From contig OZ255842.1 of the NCBI GenBank assembly GCA_965277805.1, positions 1,856,001 to 1,920,000 on the forward strand: 64,000 nucleotides of DNA, read 5' to 3'. This document shows positions 1-8,091 of the stretch, one piece after another. The stretch is from Candidatus Lustribacter sp. (GTDB lineage: Bacteria > Vulcanimicrobiota > Vulcanimicrobiia > Vulcanimicrobiales > Vulcanimicrobiaceae). Positions within the stretch are counted from its first letter, which is position 1; each line of letters opens with the position of its first letter. Position numbers and translations under genes: made by a program. The notes beneath the pieces were generated by a model that was not told the DNA's origin, ran no database searches, and saw only the letters and a list, made by a program, of their open reading frames with translations.

Positions 1-283
1 GCACCGCGATGTACGTTGCGTACACCATCGGCGGGAGCGGCGTGATCTCGACCTTGCCGAGCGGCACCGACTGATCGGCCAGATGAAACGCCGGCGTGAC
101 CGCACGGTCGGCGTCGTGGATCAGGCCGCCGGCGAGCTTGTCGGTGACGGCGCTGATCTGCGCTCCGCTGACGTTCTGCGTGACCAGCGGCGCCAGCGCC
201 ACCGTCGACGCCGCAAATGCTGCGGCCGTCGTGGTGCAAACCACGAGCGGCAGGAGCATGACGGCGAGGAAGCGGCGCAGCAT
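1..283 (-). CDS. flgA: Probable flagellar P-ring formation chaperone FlgA (N-terminal part; runs off the window)
   Basis: Manual translation from ATG 283: MLRRFLAVMLLPLVVCTTTAAAFAAST..., a Sec-type signal with an open frame to the window edge. Lies directly downstream of flgG. Identity rests on gene order only. Confidence 0.55.
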   Translation of the reverse strand, partial: MLRRFLAVMLLPLVVCTTTAAAFAASTVALAPLVTQNVSGAQISAVTDKLAGGLIHDADRAVTPAFHLADQSVPLGKVEITPLPPMVYATYIAV

Positions 284-288
284 CGGCG

Positions 289-1077
289 CTATTGCGCTTT
301 CGTATTGACCGCGGTCGCGAGCACTTGGTCGGCAGTCGAAACGGCTTTGGAGTTCGCTTCGAACGCGCGCTGCGCGGTGATCAGGTTGACGATCTCGGTC
401 ACGACCGAGACGTTGCTCTGCTCGAGGTAGCCGCCCTGGATCGAACCCGTGCCGTTGAGCTGCGGGGCCGAGATCTGCGGTGCGCCCGAGGCGGCCGTTT
501 GGATGTACAAGTTCTGGCCCTGCGGCGAGAGACCGGCCGGGTTCGAGAAGCGCACGAGCGTGATTTGTCCCAGCTGCGTCGGCGCCAGCTGACCGGGCGT
601 CAACGCGGTTACGGTTCCGTCTTGCCCGACCGCGATTTGCGTTGCATTGGCCGGAACCGTGATTTGCGGGCTGAGGAAGTAGCCGTCGGCGGTGACGATC
701 GAACCGTTGGAGTCCTTCTTGAACGAACCGTCACGCGTGTAGGCGGACGTGCCGTCCGGCAGCGTCACTTGGAAGAACCCGTCGCCCTCGATCGCGAGAT
801 CGAGCGGGTTGGAGGTCTGCTGCAGCACGCCTTGCGTGAATTCTTTTTCCGACGCACCGATCTTCACACCCAAGCCGACGTCTTGACCGACGGCGATCTG
901 CGAAGCACCGACCGGCGTACCGGGCGCGCGCAGTTGCTGGTAGATCAAGTCCTGGAAATGCGCCAGGTTGTCGCGGAAGCCGGTGGTGTTGACGTTCGCC
1001 AAGTTGTTGGAGATCGTATCGATGTTGTACTGTTGGGCGATCATGCCGCTGGCAGCGGTGAAGAGTGCACGCATCAT
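289..1077 (-). CDS. flgG: Flagellar distal rod protein FlgG
   Basis: MRALFTAASGM..ISNNLANVNTTGF, FQDLIYQ, DLAIEGDGFFQV, YTRDGSF, LEQSNVSVVTE..QRAFEANSK. Confidence 0.95.
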   Translation of the reverse strand: MMRALFTAASGMIAQQYNIDTISNNLANVNTTGFRDNLAHFQDLIYQQLRAPGTPVGASQIAVGQDVGLGVKIGASEKEFTQGVLQQTSNPLDLAIEGDGFFQVTLPDGTSAYTRDGSFKKDSNGSIVTADGYFLSPQITVPANATQIAVGQDGTVTALTPGQLAPTQLGQITLVRFSNPAGLSPQGQNLYIQTAASGAPQISAPQLNGTGSIQGGYLEQSNVSVVTEIVNLITAQRAFEANSKAVSTADQVLATAVNTKAQ

Positions 1078-1096
1078 GGTGGGTTAAAGACTCCCT

Positions 1097-1894
1097 TTAG
1101 CTGTTGTGGCCGACGGTCGCGATCGCCTGATTGGTGGCGTCGTCTTGGGTCTGGATACTCTTTTCGTTGGCATCGAACCAACGCTCGGCGTTGATGAGGT
1201 CGACGATCGACTTCACGACATCGCCGTTGCTCTTTTCTTCCGAGTACTGAAGCACGTTGGTGCGCGAGGCGGGCCGGAGACCGGCGTCTTGGCCGGCGAT
1301 GTAGCCGGTCGCGCCCTGCGGCTGCAGCGCGTTGACGTTGTTGAATTCGAACACGCCGATGTTGCCGCTCGTCACGCCGTCGACGTTGATCGCGCCGTCG
1401 GTGCCGACTTCGATCTTACCGAGCGCGGGCATCGGGATCGAATGACCGGCGGCATCGAGCACGGTCTTGCCGTCGACGGTCGCGAGCGTGCCGTCTGCGG
1501 CGCGCATGAACGAACCGTCGCGCGTGTACTGGATCTGGCCCGTGGCGGGATCTTGGACGGCGAAGAAGCCCGGCCCCGAAAGCGCGAACGAGAACGTGTT
1601 GCCGTTCATCGCGATCTGGCCTTGCTCGAAGTTGGTCGGCGTCGCGTAGACGTCCGAACCATTGCCGAGCGGCCCGATCGGAACTTGCGCGGAAACGCCC
1701 GGCAAACGGTTGAGCGGATTCTGACCGGGATCCGTTTGGAACCGGTAGAGCTGCTGCATGGGCTGCGACTCGATCTGCAGCAACGTGCGTTTGAAACCAT
1801 TGGTCGACGAGTTTGCGAGATTATTCGAAACGTTGTCGATCATGGCTTCCGCAACCATTGCGCCGGCCGCTGAAGTGTATAACCCGCGAATCAA
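1097..1894 (-). CDS. flgF: Flagellar basal-body rod protein FlgF (FlgF/FlgG family)
   Basis: (M)IRGLYTSAAG..VSNNLAN..GFKR, YTRDGSF, EKSNGDVV. TTG start at 1894 with GGAGG upstream. Confidence 0.85.
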   Translation of the reverse strand: MIRGLYTSAAGAMVAEAMIDNVSNNLANSSTNGFKRTLLQIESQPMQQLYRFQTDPGQNPLNRLPGVSAQVPIGPLGNGSDVYATPTNFEQGQIAMNGNTFSFALSGPGFFAVQDPATGQIQYTRDGSFMRAADGTLATVDGKTVLDAAGHSIPMPALGKIEVGTDGAINVDGVTSGNIGVFEFNNVNALQPQGATGYIAGQDAGLRPASRTNVLQYSEEKSNGDVVKSIVDLINAERWFDANEKSIQTQDDATNQAIATVGHNS

Positions 1895-2013
1895 AAGAAA
1901 AACCCCTCCGCACACCAGGTTGCCGCCGTTACCGGGCGACCACGAAACCGTCAATCAATCGGGTTCCGTCGCGGCCCCCACCGTGCGAGGGTAGTCCAGC
2001 CGCGCTATATGTA

Positions 2014-2040
2014 GCATCGGCATCTGGCCCGCCGACTTTA
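2014..2040 (-). promoter_or_regulatory. Sigma28 (FliA/SigD)-type promoter upstream of flgF
   Basis: TAAA-N15-GCCGATGC on the minus strand versus consensus TAAA-N15-GCCGATAA. Confidence 0.7.
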
Positions 2041-2053
2041 GGGCCCTCTATAG

Positions 2054-2085
2054 CAAGAGCCCCCCGGCGGACCGGAGGGCTCTTG
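2054..2085 (-). terminator. Stem-loop after fliE, probable intrinsic terminator
   Basis: Inverted repeat CAAGAGCCC..CCGG/CCGG..GGGCTCTTG about 30 nt after the fliE stop; weak U-tract. Confidence 0.6.
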
Positions 2086-2114
2086 AGAGGGTGGCCGCCC
2101 GGAGGCGAAGCGCC

Positions 2115-2459
2115 CTACACCTGAAGGCGGGAGATTTCCGAGTACGCGTCCAGCAGCTTGGTGCGGATCGACATCATGTATTGCATTGCGAGGTTGGCTT
2201 CCTCGACCGAGGTGACGACCTTCTGGATGTCGCCGGTGGCGCCGGTGGCCAGATCGCGCATGTTGTCGTCGGAGGTGTTCAGCTTGTCGTTGACGTCGCC
2301 GAGCATCTTCTGGAGCGTATTCTTGAAGGTGACGTTGGGGTCGGCAGCCGCACCCGGGATCGCCGAGACCTCGGGGCTCTCGTCGGACTTCTTCGTCCCG
2401 CCGATGTCGGGGACGAAGCTCGCCGGAGTGATGCTGCTGAGGGCGCCTGCGTAGTCCAC
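2115..2459 (-). CDS. fliE: Flagellar hook-basal body protein FliE
   Basis: C-terminal EEANLAMQYMMSIRTKLLDAYSEISRLQV; follows flgC. Confidence 0.92.
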   Translation of the reverse strand: MDYAGALSSITPASFVPDIGGTKKSDESPEVSAIPGAAADPNVTFKNTLQKMLGDVNDKLNTSDDNMRDLATGATGDIQKVVTSVEEANLAMQYMMSIRTKLLDAYSEISRLQV

Positions 2460-2461
2460 GA

Positions 2462-2923
2462 TCAGCTCTTCAACAGGTTCAGGGCGGCGCTGCCCATGCT
2501 GCGCGACTCGGAGATCGCCGTGACGTTGGCTTGGTACGCGCGGGAGGCGGCGATCATGTCGACCATCTCTTTGACCACGTCGATGTTGGGCATGTGAACG
2601 TAGCCGTTGGCGTCGGCGTCGGGATGGGTCGGGTCGTAGACCATGCGGTCGGGGCCCGGATCGCTCATGATGCCGACGGCCGAGACGCCGTCGCGGGACT
2701 TGCCCGGGTCGGTCGCGTCGTCGTTATCGAGCGGATCCATATCCGGATCGTTCGTCTGTTCTTGCTTCTGCGCGAAGATGACCAGCTGGCGCTTGAAGGC
2801 ACCGCCTTCGGGCGTACGCGTCGTGTTCACGTTGGCGAGGTTGTTCGCGATGACGTCCATCGCGAGGCGTTCGGCGGAGAGACCGGACGCGCTGACCTCG
2901 ATCGAGCTGTACATACCGGGCAT
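2462..2923 (-). CDS. flgC: Flagellar rod protein FlgC
   Basis: SASGLSAER..IANNLANVNTTRTPEGG, YDPTHPDADANGYVHMPNID..ASRAYQANV. Confidence 0.95.
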   Translation of the reverse strand: MPGMYSSIEVSASGLSAERLAMDVIANNLANVNTTRTPEGGAFKRQLVIFAQKQEQTNDPDMDPLDNDDATDPGKSRDGVSAVGIMSDPGPDRMVYDPTHPDADANGYVHMPNIDVVKEMVDMIAASRAYQANVTAISESRSMGSAALNLLKS

Positions 2924-2926
2924 GTG

Positions 2927-3382
2927 TTAGGCCTTCTCCTCAATCGCTTCGCGAATACGCGAGTACTGTTGCGAAAGCAACGCGTGCATGGTCTGAGAAT
3001 ACGAGGAATTTATTGACAATTTCGCCATTTCCTGATCGAGGTCGACGTTCGAACCGTCGACGCGCATCTGCTGCGTGTCGTCGATGCTGGTCGTCACCTT
3101 GAACGGCTGCGGCTCGAAATCAGGTCCGGCCGGTATCTGCTTGTTGTCGTCCGTCACGAGCGCGAGCTCGGAGGAATCGTCATAGCGCGGCAGCTCGGCC
3201 GCGAGCGCTTCGCGGAAGTCGACGTCCGACCGTTTGAAGCCCGGCGTGTTGATGTTCGCGATGTTGTTCGCGATCGCGTCATGGGTCTGGCGCGCACCCG
3301 TACCGGCATCTTTCAGCATGGTAATGGTTTGGCCGAACATCGAAGACGCGCCGACTGGGGCGTCCATAGACATGTCGCTCAT
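2927..3382 (-). CDS. flgB: Flagellar rod protein FlgB
   Basis: IANNIANINTPGFKRSDVDF, RVDGSNVDLDQEM. Confidence 0.95.
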   Translation of the reverse strand: MSDMSMDAPVGASSMFGQTITMLKDAGTGARQTHDAIANNIANINTPGFKRSDVDFREALAAELPRYDDSSELALVTDDNKQIPAGPDFEPQPFKVTTSIDDTQQMRVDGSNVDLDQEMAKLSINSSYSQTMHALLSQQYSRIREAIEEKA

Positions 3383-3390
3383 CTATTGGT

Positions 3391-3417
3391 TCTTCGGCGT
3401 CCGCGGCTCGAATCTTA
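3391..3417 (-). promoter_or_regulatory. Sigma28-type promoter upstream of flgB
   Basis: TAAG-N15-GCCGAAGA, ending 8 nt before the first flgB ATG. Confidence 0.6.
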
Positions 3418-3443
3418 GCGCGTACCACTCCGTTGAGGGAGCT

Positions 3444-5213
3444 TTACACACTGAATTGAGCGGCGTGGAGCCCGGCGTAGGAGCCGCCGGAGGCCAGCAA
3501 AGCGTCGTGGGTCCCGGTCTCGCGGACCTCGCCGCTCTCGATATAGAGGATCTTGGTGGCGCGGCGGATCGTCGAGAGGCGGTGCGCGATGATCAGCGTC
3601 GTCCGGCCCGGGAGTATACGATCGAGCGCTTCCTCGATCAGGTGCTCGGAATGACTGTCCAGGGCGCTGGTGGCCTCGTCGAGGATTAGGATGCGGGGGT
3701 CGCGCAGGATCGCGCGGGCGATCGCGACCCGCTGGCGCTGGCCGCCCGAGAGCCGCACCCCGCGCTCGCCGACCCGGGTGTTGTAGCCGTCGGGCAGCGA
3801 CGAGACGAACTCGGCAACGTTGGCCTCGCGGGCCGCGGCCAGCACCTCGTCGTCGGTTGCCTCGAGGCGGCCGTAGCGGATGTTGTCGGCGATCGTGCCG
3901 TTGAAGAGCTGGGTCTCTTGCGGCACGAGGGCGATCGCCCCGCGCAGGTCGTCGAGGCGCACGCCGGCGATGTCGACCCCGTCGAGCGTGATGCGGCCGC
4001 CCTGGGGAGCATAGAAGCGCGGCACCAAGTTGGCGATGGTCGACTTGCCGGCGCCCGACGGCCCGACGAGCGCCACGATCTCGCCGTGCAGCATCTCGGC
4101 CGTGAAGCCGTCGAGCACCGGCGGGCCGTCGGGGCTATAGGCGAAGCGCACGTTCTCGAAGCGCACGTCGCCGACGATCGCCGGCATACGCACCGCGCCC
4201 GGCGGATCGTCGGCTTCGATCGGCAGATCGAGGACCTCGAACACGCGTGAGGCGCCGACCAGCGCGCGCGAGAAATCACCTAGGAAGATCGAGAACCGGT
4301 TCATCGGGTTGATCGTCAGCGCCATCGCGCCGAAGAACGCGATCGCTTGGGCCGGCGCGATGCGGCCCGCGCCGATTTCGCTCACCACCATCACGACGAT
4401 GACGATGATCGCGAGCGAGACGATCGTCGCGATCACCGGCGACTGCGTTTGGTTGAGCTGCGTGACCTTCATCTGCGCGCCGAAGTAGGCGTCGTTGGCG
4501 CTCGCGAAGCGGTCGCGCTCGAAGTTCTCGCGGCGGAACGCCTTGACCACGCGCTGATTTCCCAGCACTTCGGCGAGGTTCGAGGAGACGTCGGCGATGC
4601 GTTCCTGCGCCATGCGCGTGCTGACGGTGACCAGTTTGTTAAACCGGCCGATGACGATCGAGACGACCGGCGTGCAGGCCAGCAGCACGATCGCAAGTAC
4701 CCAGTCGAGCGAGACCATCCAGGCGACCGCGGCGACGAACGTGACCGTGACCTGCACCATCTGCGGCAGCGAGATGCTCACCGCGTCGATCATCAGCCCA
4801 AGGTCGATCGAAAAGCGCGACATGAATTCGCCCGGGCGCCAGCGATCGTAATCCGCCAGCGACATGCGATTGACGTGATCGAACATGCGCGCGCGCAGCG
4901 AGGCGATCATGCGCTGACCGGCCCACGCGGTCATGTAGCTCTGGCCGTAGCCGGCCAAGTTTCCGATGACCTGCGAGATGAAGATCACGCCGCAGACGAT
5001 CCACAGCGCGGTCCAATCGATGTATGTCGGCAGCGTGACGCCGTGAACGACCGGCTGGTAGTGGATGACCCGCGTCATCAGCAAGCCCGGCAGCTGCAAG
5101 AGCACCGTCGGCGCGATGCCGGCGATCACACCGAGAAGCATCGCCACCCCGACGCGGCCGAGATACGGCCGCGCCTCCAAGTAGATGCGATGCAGGACCA
5201 CCGAGCGTTCCAC
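3444..5213 (-). CDS. ABC exporter, fused TMD+NBD (MsbA-like)
   Basis: N-terminal transmembrane helices, Walker A GPSGAGKST, LSGGQRQR signature, LILDEATSALD. GTG 5213 preferred to the ORF-track start at 5543. Confidence 0.9.
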   Translation of the reverse strand: MERSVVLHRIYLEARPYLGRVGVAMLLGVIAGIAPTVLLQLPGLLMTRVIHYQPVVHGVTLPTYIDWTALWIVCGVIFISQVIGNLAGYGQSYMTAWAGQRMIASLRARMFDHVNRMSLADYDRWRPGEFMSRFSIDLGLMIDAVSISLPQMVQVTVTFVAAVAWMVSLDWVLAIVLLACTPVVSIVIGRFNKLVTVSTRMAQERIADVSSNLAEVLGNQRVVKAFRRENFERDRFASANDAYFGAQMKVTQLNQTQSPVIATIVSLAIIVIVVMVVSEIGAGRIAPAQAIAFFGAMALTINPMNRFSIFLGDFSRALVGASRVFEVLDLPIEADDPPGAVRMPAIVGDVRFENVRFAYSPDGPPVLDGFTAEMLHGEIVALVGPSGAGKSTIANLVPRFYAPQGGRITLDGVDIAGVRLDDLRGAIALVPQETQLFNGTIADNIRYGRLEATDDEVLAAAREANVAEFVSSLPDGYNTRVGERGVRLSGGQRQRVAIARAILRDPRILILDEATSALDSHSEHLIEEALDRILPGRTTLIIAHRLSTIRRATKILYIESGEVRETGTHDALLASGGSYAGLHAAQFSV

Positions 5214-5296
5214 GCCTCGCGCTTTGCGCGCCAAGCGGCGAAACCTTCGCTGCGGTCGCCCGGTACATGCGACGAAACCCGATGGGAGGCCAAAGC

Positions 5297-5908
5297 GTGG
5301 ACTGTTATTTTCATCATGCGGTGCCGTCCGTGGCCCGCTGCGCGGACTGCGGTAAGTCGATTTGCGCGACGTGCCGCGACGAGCAGGGTGCCTGCCCGAG
5401 CTGCCGTCTCGCCGCGCGAATCGACCAAGCCGCCGCGCAGCGGCAAACCCTGGCAGGCGGCGTCGGGCCGTCGTCCAAGGCGAGCGCCGGCCACGACGAT
5501 GCGAACGAGTGGCGCCGGCAGTGGCAGTCCAGCGCGCCCACACCGCCGCCGCAGCGCTCGACGGCCGTGGCCAACGTGCGGCCCGAGTCGCGCGCGCTCG
5601 TTGCGCTCGGCTACCCGTTCTGGCCGCTCGCGCTAATCGCGCTCTTCGACCGGTCGGGCTCGAACTTCGTCCGCCGCAACGCGTGGCAGGCGCTCGGGTT
5701 CAACGCCGGCATGTACGGGCTCGGCTGGCTGTTTTCATCGATCGCGATGATCCCGTTGATCGGCATGTCGGCCTGGCCGCTGCTGCCGTTCATCGTGCCG
5801 GTCACGATCGTCGCGAGCGTGGTCTACGCCATCAAGGTGTGGCATGGTGACGACGTGCACGTGCCGTTTGTCTCGGAGATCGTCGACCAGAAGCTCTCGC
5901 CGAGCTAG
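5297..5908 (+). CDS. B-box-type zinc finger plus DUF4870-like membrane protein
   Basis: CYFH..CADCGKSICATC..CPSC N-terminus; three C-terminal hydrophobic helices with FVRRNAWQAL; GGGAGG before GTG 5297. Confidence 0.7.
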   Translation: MDCYFHHAVPSVARCADCGKSICATCRDEQGACPSCRLAARIDQAAAQRQTLAGGVGPSSKASAGHDDANEWRRQWQSSAPTPPPQRSTAVANVRPESRALVALGYPFWPLALIALFDRSGSNFVRRNAWQALGFNAGMYGLGWLFSSIAMIPLIGMSAWPLLPFIVPVTIVASVVYAIKVWHGDDVHVPFVSEIVDQKLSPS

Positions 5909-7317
5909 GCGACGACCTCGGCGCGATAGCGCGCGAGGAAGGCCCGCGCCGCTTCCTCGTGATCGAGGATCGGCGCGGGATATTGCCGCGCACCGAAGAG
6001 CGGCAGCGCGAGTTGCGGCTGCCGTTCCCCGCGCTCGAAGATCGTGGCATCGGGCAAACCCGCCAGCTCGGGGATCCAGCGCCGCACGTAACCGGCCGCC
6101 GGATCGAAGCGGTGCGCCTGTTTGACCGGGTTGTAGATGCGCGGATAAGCGGCGAGATCGGCACCAACTCCCGCGACCCACTGCCAGTTGGCCGTCGCCA
6201 GCGCCGGATCGTCTTCGATCAGGAAGCGGTCCCACTCATCGCGGCCGACGCGCCAATCGACGCCCAGATCGAAGCACAGGAACGACGCGCTGATCGCGCG
6301 CACGCGCGGATGCATCCGTCCCGTTGCGCGCAGTTCGCGCATCCCCGCGTCGACGAGCGGAAAACCGGTCGTGCCGCTGCGCCACGCATCGAGTTGCGGA
6401 TGCGTGCGCGCGAAGGCGAAGCGGCGCATCTTCTCTTGCAGCGGCGCATCGTCGAGCGCGTCGTTGTACCACCCGAGCTGCAGAAAGAAATCGCGTTGCG
6501 CGAGCGCGCGCAGCCACAGGCGCACCGCGGTCGTTTCTTCGCTGAGCAGAAACGGGTCGGTGGCGCGAGCGCAGGCTCCGCGCACCGCGCTGCGCGCCGA
6601 GATCAGGCCGAACGACAATTCGGCCGAGAGCTCCGATGTTGCGCCGGCGTCGGGTACGTTGCGCGCGATGCCGTAGCCGAGGATCGGGCCGTTGAGGAAC
6701 GCCGCGAGCTTCTCGGCGGCGGCGGCCGGCGAGACCCCGCCGGCATCGTCATCGCGTCCGCCGAATTCGGCCGCCACCGGCAATGCCTCGCTCGCCACCT
6801 CGACCCGCGAGAAATGGACCGGCGGCGGGGCGTCGACCGGAATGAGCGTTCGCCAGCGCTCGAAGTACGGCACGAACGCGCGCCAGCCGTCGCCGCTGCG
6901 GTGCGCGAGCGCGATGTCCTCGGGCGGCACGACCGGTGCATCGTGCACGGCGAGGACGCGAATCCCCGACTCCTCGAGCGCGGCCTGCACGTCGCGGTCA
7001 GCGCGGATCTCCTTGGCGTCGTAGCGGACGCTCCAGGCCACCGTTTCGGCACCGATCCCGCGGGCGAGCGAACGCAGCGTCGCGGCCGTCCCGCCCCGGC
7101 GCACGATCAGCCGGCCGCCGCGCGCCGCGATGGCCGCATCGAGCGCGGCAACCGCGGCGCAGTAGAAGGCCGCGCGCCGGGGTGATGCCCGCAGGCGGGC
7201 GGAGCGCACCGGATCGAGGACGAGCACGGGCACGACCTCGCCGTAGCGCGCGGCTTCGGCGAGCCCGAGGTGATCCTCAACGCGCAAATCGCGCGTGAAC
7301 GCGAAGAGCGTCTTCAG
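5905..7317 (-). CDS. Photolyase/cryptochrome family protein, divergent active site
   Basis: FTRDLRVEDH, TSELSAELSFGLISAR, WRSGTTGFPLVDAGMREL..MH.R.R, NWQWVAG..RIYNP. Start uncertain: CTG 7317 proposed; the ORF track gives TTG 7368. Confidence 0.9.
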   Translation of the reverse strand: MKTLFAFTRDLRVEDHLGLAEAARYGEVVPVLVLDPVRSARLRASPRRAAFYCAAVAALDAAIAARGGRLIVRRGGTAATLRSLARGIGAETVAWSVRYDAKEIRADRDVQAALEESGIRVLAVHDAPVVPPEDIALAHRSGDGWRAFVPYFERWRTLIPVDAPPPVHFSRVEVASEALPVAAEFGGRDDDAGGVSPAAAAEKLAAFLNGPILGYGIARNVPDAGATSELSAELSFGLISARSAVRGACARATDPFLLSEETTAVRLWLRALAQRDFFLQLGWYNDALDDAPLQEKMRRFAFARTHPQLDAWRSGTTGFPLVDAGMRELRATGRMHPRVRAISASFLCFDLGVDWRVGRDEWDRFLIEDDPALATANWQWVAGVGADLAAYPRIYNPVKQAHRFDPAAGYVRRWIPELAGLPDATIFERGERQPQLALPLFGARQYPAPILDHEEAARAFLARYRAEVVA

Positions 7318-7454
7318 CGCGCGAACCGGCGGTCGATCATAAAGCCGCCGTTCTTCGCTTCGCCTCAAAGCTTCCTTTGCTAGGCGGGACGCCCCGGCTC
7401 ACAATCTCCGCACGGTAAGAGGAGAACCGTAAAATTCTTGTTCAATTCTCTCGC

Positions 7455-7946
7455 GTGCCTCACATTGCTCTGCGCGCGTGCACGACGCGCGACGTGACGC
7501 GGCTCGTGAACGACGGTGTGCTCACGGGCGCGCTCCCCGGTGGGGAGAGCTGGCCCAGCCGCGCCGCCCAGTGGCTGGAAGAAATGAAGGAAGGCCGCCG
7601 GCTCGTCATGATCGCCGAATTCGACGGCAAGACAGTGGGCATGGGCCAACTGATCTTCAAGTTCGCAAACGGCTACCAAGATCCGGAGGCCGCCAACGGC
7701 GCGGAGATCGCAATGATCGATTCGATCCGCATGCGCCCCGATGCGCCGGCAAATCTCTCCACGCACATCATCTCCGAACTCGAAAAGTACGCGAAGAAAA
7801 CGAAGCGCATCAAAATCCTCACGTTCCTCGTCCCGATGGACAACAACCGCGCGCTCAACCAAGTGAAGAGCTGGGGCTTCGAAGAATTCCGCATCATGCC
7901 CGAAGGCGCGAAGTTGCTCGCGTTCTTCCGCAAACGCATCGCGTGA
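7455..7946 (+). CDS. GNAT-family acetyltransferase-like protein
   Basis: MIAEFDGKTVGMGQL strand and C-terminal NNRALNQVKSWGF (motif B-like); CoA-binding motif A is degenerate. Confidence 0.65.
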   Translation: MPHIALRACTTRDVTRLVNDGVLTGALPGGESWPSRAAQWLEEMKEGRRLVMIAEFDGKTVGMGQLIFKFANGYQDPEAANGAEIAMIDSIRMRPDAPANLSTHIISELEKYAKKTKRIKILTFLVPMDNNRALNQVKSWGFEEFRIMPEGAKLLAFFRKRIA

Positions 7947-8091
7947 GGATATCGAGCTGTTTGCGAAACGTGTCGGAGATCGAGAGCTCCGTCGTGCGGC
8001 CGCCCATGACGGATGCGAGGACGATGCGCCCGCCGAAACGCACGGCGTCGACTGCGAGCGTTACCATCGCCGGACCGCCGGCGTTATCGAG
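7945..8091 (-). pseudogene. Internal fragment of a zinc-binding/quinone oxidoreductase (MDR family)
   Basis: LDNAGGPAMVTLAVDAVRFGGRIVLASVMGGRTTELSISDTFRKQLDIL resembles the MDR C-terminal domain; no N-terminus, and both ends abut neighbouring genes. Confidence 0.5.

Noticed and set aside
1895-2013. c-di-GMP riboswitch upstream of flagellar genes
   Set aside because: Lacks the GCAAA/GAAA tetraloop-receptor hallmarks of class I and shows no class II pattern
7405-7430. Possible pseudoknot TCTCC/GGAGA plus ACGGT/ACCGT upstream of the GNAT gene
   Set aside because: Zero-length loop 3 is sterically implausible; the 5-bp stems could be chance
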